Below are positions 50,179 through 56,407 of a DNA stretch of 56,407 nucleotides, in pieces. Made by a program: the position numbers and the translations under genes. The notes beneath the pieces were generated by a model that saw only the letters and a program-made list of their open reading frames with translations, made no database searches and was not told the origin of the DNA. The stretch is from Frankiaceae bacterium (GTDB taxonomy: Bacteria > Actinomycetota > Actinomycetes > JAFAQI01). Within the stretch, counting starts at the first letter, position 1. Every line of letters begins with the position of its first letter. Location: assembly GCA_030840525.1 (NCBI GenBank), contig JAVEEI010000012.1:1-56407 (forward strand). The letters run 5' to 3'.

Positions 50179-51588
50179 GTGCACGAGGACCCCGACCGCT
50201 GCTACCGCGCGGTCCGCAGCCGCGACGCGCGGTTCGACGGCCGGTTCGTCACCGCGGTGCGGACGACGGGGATCTACTGCCGGCCGAGCTGCCCGGCGCA
50301 GACCCCGAAGCGCGAGAACGTGCTGTTCTTCCCGCACGCGGCCGCGGCCGCCGCAGCCGGCTTCCGCGCCTGCAAGCGGTGCCGCCCGGACGCCGCGCCC
50401 GGCAGTCGCGAGTGGGACGTCCGCGGCGACCTCGCCGCCCGCGCGCTGCGCGGCATCCAGAGCGGCGTCGTCGACACCGAAGGCGTGCCCGGGCTCGCCC
50501 GCCGGCTGGCCGTCAGCGAGCGGCACCTGCACCGCGTCCTCGTCGCGGAGATCGGTGTCGGGCCGCTGCGCCTCGCCCGCACCCGGCGCGCGCAGACCGC
50601 GCGCATGCTCGTCGAGCACACCGCGCTGCCGCTGTCGACGGTCGCGTTCAGCGCCGGTTTCGCCAGCATCCGGCAGTTCAACGAGGTGATGGCGGCCGAG
50701 TTCGGCTGCCCGCCGAGCGAGCTACGGCGCCGCCCGGCCGGCGCGGTGTCGGGCGAGGCGACCGGCACGTTGACGTTGCGCCTGCCGATGCGGCTGCCGT
50801 TCGCGGTCGAGCCGTTGCTCACGTTCCTCGGCGCCCGCGCCGTGCCCGGCGTCGAGGAGCTCGACGGCACTGTCTATCGACGGGTCGTCGACCAGAGCGT
50901 CGTCGAGATCGAGCCGGCCGAGGCGTACCTCGTCGCGCGCATCGACGTCGACGACGTACGCCGAGTCGCCTCCGTCGTCGCGCGGTGCCGGCGGCTGTTC
51001 GACCTCGACGCGGACCCACATGCGGTCGACGAGACGCTGCGCGCCGACCCGACGCTGCGCGCGGCGGTCGACGCCGTACCGGGCATCCGCGTCCCCGGCG
51101 CGGTCGACGGGTTCGAGCTCGCGGTGCGCGCGGTCCTCGGCCAGCAGGTGTCGGTCGCGGCCGCGCGGACGATGGCGGGCCGGCTGGTCGAACGTTGCGG
51201 CAAGCCGCTGACCGGCCCGCGCGGGTCGCTCACGCACGCGTTTCCGGACGCGGCCGCGGTCGCCGACGCCGACCTCGACGGGCTCGGCCTGACCGGTGCC
51301 CGCACCCGCACGTTGCGGGCACTCGCGCGCGCCGTCGCCGACGACGGTCTCGTCATCGACCCGGTCGCCGACCGCGACGAAGTACGGCGGCGGCTGCTCG
51401 CGTTGCCCGGTGTCGGCCCGTGGACCGCCGACTACATCGCGATGCGAGCGCTCAGCGACCCCGACGCGTTTCCCGCGACTGACCTCGTCCTCGCCCGCGC
51501 GCTCGGGCCGGGCGGCGCCGCGCGCGCCGAGCAGTGGCGACCGTGGCGTGCGTACGCCGCCATGCATCTCTGGAAGGGACTGCCGTGA
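50179..51588 (+). CDS. alkA: Ada Zn-binding/AraC regulator fused to AlkA glycosylase
   Basis: TTGIYCRPSCPA, FRACKRCRP, AGFASIRQFN, LGQQVS, LPGVGPWTA, DPDAF, WRPWRAYA. Confidence 0.93.
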   Translation: MHEDPDRCYRAVRSRDARFDGRFVTAVRTTGIYCRPSCPAQTPKRENVLFFPHAAAAAAAGFRACKRCRPDAAPGSREWDVRGDLAARALRGIQSGVVDTEGVPGLARRLAVSERHLHRVLVAEIGVGPLRLARTRRAQTARMLVEHTALPLSTVAFSAGFASIRQFNEVMAAEFGCPPSELRRRPAGAVSGEATGTLTLRLPMRLPFAVEPLLTFLGARAVPGVEELDGTVYRRVVDQSVVEIEPAEAYLVARIDVDDVRRVASVVARCRRLFDLDADPHAVDETLRADPTLRAAVDAVPGIRVPGAVDGFELAVRAVLGQQVSVAAARTMAGRLVERCGKPLTGPRGSLTHAFPDAAAVADADLDGLGLTGARTRTLRALARAVADDGLVIDPVADRDEVRRRLLALPGVGPWTADYIAMRALSDPDAFPATDLVLARALGPGGAARAEQWRPWRAYAAMHLWKGLP

Positions 51589-52097
51589 CCGACATCGTGT
51601 ACGCGACGACACTCGACACTCCGGTCGGAGCGCTCGCGTTGCTGGTGCGGGACGACGCACTCGTCGCCGCCGGCTTCACTCCCGTCGTCGACCAGTTCGG
51701 CCGGCTCCGTACGACGACCGCGTCGTTGCGCGTCGTCGACTCCCTGGGGCCGTTTTCCCTTGCGCTGCAAGCATATTTCGACGGTGACGTGACGGCGCCG
51801 GACACGTTGCCGGTGTCACAGCCGGGCGGCGCATTCCGGCAGGCCGCGTGGAAGGTGATGCGCGAGGTACCGCCGGGCGAGACCATCTCGTACGCCGAGC
51901 TCGCGAGCCGCGCCGGTTCGCCGAACGCGGTGCGCGCGGCTGGCAGCGCGTGCGCGCTGAACATGGTCGCGCCGATCGTGCCGTGCCACCGGATCGTGCG
52001 CACCGGCGGAAACCTCGGCGGCTACTACTACGGTCTGGCGACGAAGCAGTGGCTGCTCGCGCACGAGCGCGGCGACACCGAGCTCACGTTGCTCTAG
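51585..52097 (+). CDS. ogt: Methylated-DNA--protein-cysteine methyltransferase
   Basis: GETISYAELA, AVRAAGSAC, VPCHR active site, K.WLLAHE. Confidence 0.93.
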   Translation: MTDIVYATTLDTPVGALALLVRDDALVAAGFTPVVDQFGRLRTTTASLRVVDSLGPFSLALQAYFDGDVTAPDTLPVSQPGGAFRQAAWKVMREVPPGETISYAELASRAGSPNAVRAAGSACALNMVAPIVPCHRIVRTGGNLGGYYYGLATKQWLLAHERGDTELTLL

Positions 52098-52692
52098 GCG
52101 CGCTGATCCGGCCGATCAGCTCGACGACCTCGTCGGCGAGGCGTATCGCGTCGTCGTACGAGTCCTGTACCGAGACCTCGCGACCGGCCTCGGCGACGAC
52201 CGTCGTGAGGACCAGGACGAGGGTCTCGCCGAGCGGCTGCTCGTCGGCGCGGAGCAGGTTGGCGTTGACGTGGATCCACTCGCGGTATCGGCGGCGCGCG
52301 ATCAGCTCGAACCCGGGCGGGCCACCGCCGGCGAGGAAGAGCCGCGACAGCTCGCGCTCCTCCCAGCAGCCGGCGAGGTACGCCGACGCACCGGCGAGGA
52401 ACAGCTCGACGGGGTCGTGCAGCTTGCCGTCGCCGCGGGCGGCGCGTACGGCGGCGGCGGCACGTGCCTCCTGGCGGGTCTGGTAGTCCTCGAACAGCGC
52501 GAGGTAGAGGTCGGCCTTGCCGCCGAAGTGATGGTAGAGACTGCCGACGCTGGCGCCGGCCCGGGCGACGACGTCGGCGATGTTGGCGTCGGCGAAGCCG
52601 GACTCGGCGAACACTTCGTGCGCCGCCGAGAGGAGGCCCGCGCGAGTGGCCTGCGCGCGCCCGGCCCCCCGACCATTCGTCCGCGTTTGCAC
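52084..52692 (-). CDS. TetR family transcriptional regulator
   Basis: AAHEVFAESGF..IADVVARAGASVGSLYHHFGGK. Confidence 0.88.
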   Translation of the reverse strand: MQTRTNGRGAGRAQATRAGLLSAAHEVFAESGFADANIADVVARAGASVGSLYHHFGGKADLYLALFEDYQTRQEARAAAAVRAARGDGKLHDPVELFLAGASAYLAGCWEERELSRLFLAGGGPPGFELIARRRYREWIHVNANLLRADEQPLGETLVLVLTTVVAEAGREVSVQDSYDDAIRLADEVVELIGRISAPRAT

Positions 52693-52776
52693 GCGGTCAC
52701 TCTGCCACAGGCCGGCAGAGCGCGGAGGGGAGGTTTGCCCGGTTCCGGAGCTGCGCTTGCAATACGACCTAATGAG

Positions 52777-52821
52777 CCGTAACTGCGGCGCTCAGGCGCG
52801 AGTACGCTGCCGCACATGCCG
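52777..52821. promoter_or_regulatory. Possible operator palindromes and -10 of the mod operon
   Basis: CCGTAACTGCGG (52777-52788) and CCGCACATGCCG (52810-52821) flank TACGCT, 7 nt before the ATG. Confidence 0.3.
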
Positions 52822-53199
52822 ATCTACCGACTGCGCGACGCCGCGGCCCTGCTGGGCGTGAGCGACGACACCGTACGGCGCTGGGCGGACGCGGGCCGGC
52901 TGCCGACGAGTACCGACGAGGGCGGCCGCCGGGCGGTCGACGGCGCCGACCTCGCCGCGTTCGCGGTCTCGCTCGCCGACGAGCCCGCGCCGAGCGTCTC
53001 GTCGATGCGCAACCGCTTCCCCGGCATCGTCACCCGCGTCGTCCGCGGCGACGTCGCCGCGCAGGTAGAGGTGCAGGCCGGGCCGCACCGGTTCGTGTCG
53101 CTGCTCACCGCCGAGGCCGTCGAGGAGCTCGACCTCAAGCCGGGCGACCGCGCGGTCGCAACGGTCAAGGCCACCAACGTCGCCGTGGACCTCGGATGA
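52816..53199 (+). CDS. HTH-TOBE molybdate-responsive regulator
   Basis: AAALLGVSDDTVRRW, SSMRNRFPG, A.VKATNV. Confidence 0.88.
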   Translation: MPIYRLRDAAALLGVSDDTVRRWADAGRLPTSTDEGGRRAVDGADLAAFAVSLADEPAPSVSSMRNRFPGIVTRVVRGDVAAQVEVQAGPHRFVSLLTAEAVEELDLKPGDRAVATVKATNVAVDLG

Positions 53200-53930
53200 G
53201 CCGCCGCGCGCTCGGCACCGCCGTCGCCGTCGCCGCGTTGCTCACCGCATGCGGCGGTAACAGCAACAACACCGGGTCTAAGCCGCGCACGATCACCGTC
53301 TTCGCGGCCGCGTCGCTCACGAACGCGTTCGCCGCGGAGGCCGCGGCGTACACGAAGCAGAGCGGCGTGCACGTGCGCTTCTCGTTCGCCGGCTCGCAGG
53401 ACCTCGTCGCGCAACTCAACCAGGGCGCACCGGCCGATGCGGTCGCGACCGCCGACACCGCGACGCTCGGCAAGCTCACCGTGCACCTCAGCGGTGCGAC
53501 AACTCTGTTCGCGCGCAACCGGCTGGTCATCGTCACCGCACCGGGCAACCCCAAGCACATCCGCAGCGCCGCCGACCTCGCGAAGCCTAGTGTCGTCGTC
53601 GTGCTCGCCGCGCCGACCGTCCCCGCCGGGAAGTACGCCGTCAAGGCGCTGCAGGCCGCGCACGTCACAGTGCACCCGAAGTCGTTGGAGGACAACGTCC
53701 GCGGCGTGCTCACGAAGGTCGAGCTGGGCGAGGCCGACGCCGGCATCGTCTACGTCACCGACGCGCAGTCGGCGGGAGCGAAGGTCGGCACCGTCGCCTT
53801 GCCCACGTCGCCGATCGCGACGTACCCCGCGGCCGCCGTCGACGCGGCCGGCCAGGGCTTCGTCGACTTCCTCACGTCGCCGGCCGGGCAGGCGATCCTC
53901 GCCCGGTTCGGCTTCCTGCCACCGCGTTGA
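53196..53930 (+). CDS. modA: Molybdate ABC transporter substrate-binding lipoprotein
   Basis: LTAC lipobox, VFAAASL, FAGS, VPAGKYA, EADAGIVYVTD. Confidence 0.93.
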   Translation: MSRRALGTAVAVAALLTACGGNSNNTGSKPRTITVFAAASLTNAFAAEAAAYTKQSGVHVRFSFAGSQDLVAQLNQGAPADAVATADTATLGKLTVHLSGATTLFARNRLVIVTAPGNPKHIRSAADLAKPSVVVVLAAPTVPAGKYAVKALQAAHVTVHPKSLEDNVRGVLTKVELGEADAGIVYVTDAQSAGAKVGTVALPTSPIATYPAAAVDAAGQGFVDFLTSPAGQAILARFGFLPPR

Positions 53931-54688
53931 CCCGCACTCGGCCACCGCTCTCGCTGACCACCGCCGCGGTCGCGGGCGCTGCATTTTTGTTGCTGCCGTT
54001 GGTTTCTTTGGCCGACCGTACGCCGTGGCACTCGCTGCCGCACTTGCTTACAACTACGTCGGCGGTCACCGCGTTGCGGCTATCGCTCGAGTGCTCGCTC
54101 GGTGCGCTCGCACTGTCGCTGGTTGTCGGCGTACCGCTCGCGTGGCTGCTCGCGCGGGTCGACTTCCGCGGCAAGTCCGTGCTGCGCGCGGCGGTCACGT
54201 TGCCGCTGGTGCTGCCGCCCGTCGTCGGCGGCGTGGCGCTGTTACTCGCGTTCGGCCGGCACGGCGTCATCCCGCTGTCGCTCGCATTCACGACGTGGGG
54301 CGCGATCCTCGCGGAGGCGTTCGTCGCGTTGCCGTTCCTCGTCCTCGCCGTCGAAGGCGCCCTGCTCGGGATCGACGAGCGGTACGACGACGTCGCCGCG
54401 ACGCTCGGCAGCGGGACGACCCGCACGTTCTTCCGGGTGACGCTGCCGATGGTGCTGCCGGCGCTCGCGGCCGGCTCCGCACTCGCGTGGGCGCGCGCGC
54501 TCGGCGAGTTCGGCGCGACGATCACGTTCGCCGGCAACCTGCCCGGGTCCACGCAGACGCTGCCGCTCGACGTCTACCTCACGCTGCAGAACGACCCCGA
54601 CGCCGCGGTCGCACTGTCGACGCTGCTGCTCGCGTTGTCGCTCGTCGTACTCGTCGCGATGCGCTCGCGCTGGCGGCTGACCCGGTGA
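53927..54688 (+). CDS. modB: Molybdate ABC transporter permease
   Basis: LPLVLPPVVGG, WARALGEFGAT, GNLPG.TQTLPL. Confidence 0.92.
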   Translation: MTRTRPPLSLTTAAVAGAAFLLLPLVSLADRTPWHSLPHLLTTTSAVTALRLSLECSLGALALSLVVGVPLAWLLARVDFRGKSVLRAAVTLPLVLPPVVGGVALLLAFGRHGVIPLSLAFTTWGAILAEAFVALPFLVLAVEGALLGIDERYDDVAATLGSGTTRTFFRVTLPMVLPALAAGSALAWARALGEFGATITFAGNLPGSTQTLPLDVYLTLQNDPDAAVALSTLLLALSLVVLVAMRSRWRLTR

Positions 54689-55716
54689 CGAACGTGACCA
54701 CCATCGACCTGCGCGCGAGCGTCGGCACGTTCACCGTGCACGTCGCGGCCGAGTGCAAGCCGGGTGACGTCGTCGCCGTCGTCGGGCCGAACGGCGCCGG
54801 CAAGTCGACGTTCCTGCGCGCGCTCGCCGGTCTGATCCCGGCCACCGGCACGCTGACCGTCGGCGGCGTCGACGTGCTCGACCGGCCGCCGGCCCGGCGG
54901 CACGTCGGCTGGGTGCCGCAGGACGGCGCGCTGTTCCCGCACCTCACCGCGCTCGACAACGTCGCGTTCGGACTGCGCGGCCGGCAGGGTCGGCCCGCGG
55001 CGCAGCGGTGGCTCGACCGGCTCGGCATCGGCGACCTCGCGCACCGGCGGCCGGCCGCGCTGTCCGGCGGGCAGGCGCAGAAGGTCGCCCTCGCGCGAGC
55101 CCTCGCCCGCGAGCCGCGAGTGCTGCTGCTCGACGAGCCGCTCGCCGCACTCGACGTAGAAGCCCGCACCGACGTCCGGCGCAGCCTGCGCGCGCACCTC
55201 GGCGACTTCGACGGCGTCACGATGCTGGTGACCCACGACCCCGTCGACGTGATGACACTTGCCTCGCGGGTGCTCGCGTTGGACGCAGGCGCCGTCGTAC
55301 AGGACTCGACGGTCACCGGTGTGACGACCGCGCCGCGCACGCCCTGGCTCGCCGCGTTGATGGGCAGCAACGGCTTCTACGCGCGTACGGCGGCTGGCGC
55401 GCTCGCCCTCGACGGCGGCGGCGTCTTGGTCGCGGCCGACATGCCGGCCGGCGACGGCGTCGACGTGCTCGCCGTCGTACCCGCGCACGCGGTCGCCGTG
55501 CACCGCGGCCGGCCGGAAGGCAGCGCCCGCAACGTGTGGCCCGCGACCGTGCGCGACCTCGCGGTCGTCGGCGGCCGGGTCCGGGTCACCCTCGGTGGTG
55601 CGCCGACCGTGCTCGCCGACGTCACCACCGCCGCCGCGGCCGACCTCGGCCTCGCCGAAGGCGTCGACGTATGGGCGAGCGTGAAGGCGACCGAGGTCAC
55701 CGTCGTCGTGCTCTGA
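54685..55716 (+). CDS. modC: Molybdate ABC transporter ATP-binding protein with TOBE domain
   Basis: [35 protein letters not shown]. Confidence 0.92.
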   Translation: MTNVTTIDLRASVGTFTVHVAAECKPGDVVAVVGPNGAGKSTFLRALAGLIPATGTLTVGGVDVLDRPPARRHVGWVPQDGALFPHLTALDNVAFGLRGRQGRPAAQRWLDRLGIGDLAHRRPAALSGGQAQKVALARALAREPRVLLLDEPLAALDVEARTDVRRSLRAHLGDFDGVTMLVTHDPVDVMTLASRVLALDAGAVVQDSTVTGVTTAPRTPWLAALMGSNGFYARTAAGALALDGGGVLVAADMPAGDGVDVLAVVPAHAVAVHRGRPEGSARNVWPATVRDLAVVGGRVRVTLGGAPTVLADVTTAAAADLGLAEGVDVWASVKATEVTVVVL

Positions 55717-55742
55717 ACCGGGCGCGCCGCTACTATCCGGGC

Positions 55743-56407
55743 ATGGCTGAGGCGAGCGTCCCGGGTACGTTGCGCGTCGGCGCCGAGCAGCCCGACCGCA
55801 ACCTCGCGCTCGAGTTGGTCCGGGTCACCGAGGCGGCCGCGATGGCCGCGGGCCGGTGGGTCGGCCGGGGCGAGAAGAACGGCGCCGACCAGGCCGCCGT
55901 CAACGCGATGCGCCAGCTCGTCTCGACCGTGTCGATGAAGGGCGTCGTCGTCATCGGCGAGGGCGAGAAGGACGAAGCGCCGATGCTCTACAACGGCGAG
56001 GAGGTCGGCAACGGCGACGGCCCCGACTGCGACGTCGCGGTCGACCCCGTCGACGGTACGACGCTGACCGCGAAGGGGATGAACAACGCCATCTCCGTGA
56101 TGGCGGTCGCCGAACGCGGGTCGATGTACGACCCGTCCGCGGTGTTCTACATGGACAAGCTGGTCACCGGCGTCGACGCCGCCGACTACGTCGACATCGA
56201 GGCGCCGGTCGAGCACAACATCCAGGCGGTCGCGAAGGCCAAGCACTGCTCGTCCGAGGACGTGACCGTCGTCATCCTCGACCGGCCGCGGCACGAAGAC
56301 CTCGTGAAGCAGGTCCGCGAGGCCGGCGCACGCATCACCTTCAACTCCGACGGCGACGTCGCCGGCGCCGTGATGGCGGCGAGCGAGGGCACCGGCGTCG
56401 ACCTGCT
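55743..56407 (+). CDS. glpX: Class II fructose-1,6-bisphosphatase (truncated by window edge)
   Basis: [41 protein letters not shown]; absent from the ORF track because no stop lies in the window. Confidence 0.95.
   Translation, partial: MAEASVPGTLRVGAEQPDRNLALELVRVTEAAAMAAGRWVGRGEKNGADQAAVNAMRQLVSTVSMKGVVVIGEGEKDEAPMLYNGEEVGNGDGPDCDVAVDPVDGTTLTAKGMNNAISVMAVAERGSMYDPSAVFYMDKLVTGVDAADYVDIEAPVEHNIQAVAKAKHCSSEDVTVVILDRPRHEDLVKQVREAGARITFNSDGDVAGAVMAASEGTGVDL

Overview
High-GC actinobacterial chromosomal segment, densely coding, with about 60 genes. No rRNA, tRNA, CRISPR array, integrase or classical IS transposase was recognised. The backbone resembles a typical actinobacterial core region: DUF3117, paaX, enoyl-CoA hydratase, tag, DivIVA-like, folP, two LOG genes, dapE/dapD/dapC, fdxA, mshB, ychF, rmuC, ispH, xseAB, DUF4245, glpX. 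Several accessory blocks interrupt it. (1) A 1.4-kaa lectin/FN3/beta-helix secreted protein with a lipoprotein. (2) An AbiEi-like/DUF559 nuclease gene bracketed by two related hairpins (TGCTGGTC-N15-GACCAGCA) in inverted orientation, a candidate transposase-less mobile cassette. (3) A minimal chemosensory system (cheW, two membrane-embedded MCPs, CheA-REC, REC-GAF) with no cheR/cheB, three genes of which have sigma28/WhiG-like promoter motifs. (4) An atypical FtsH-like protease with a possible divergent sRNA. (5) A GT-C/PAP2/UGM-like envelope glycosylation cluster. (6) A tandem pair of adenine methyltransferases with no adjacent endonuclease, next to a small Cys/His-rich protein. (7) A kynureninase-like/alkA-ogt/TetR/modABC block. 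Many genes look leaderless. All calls come from reading motifs by eye; no database search was run.
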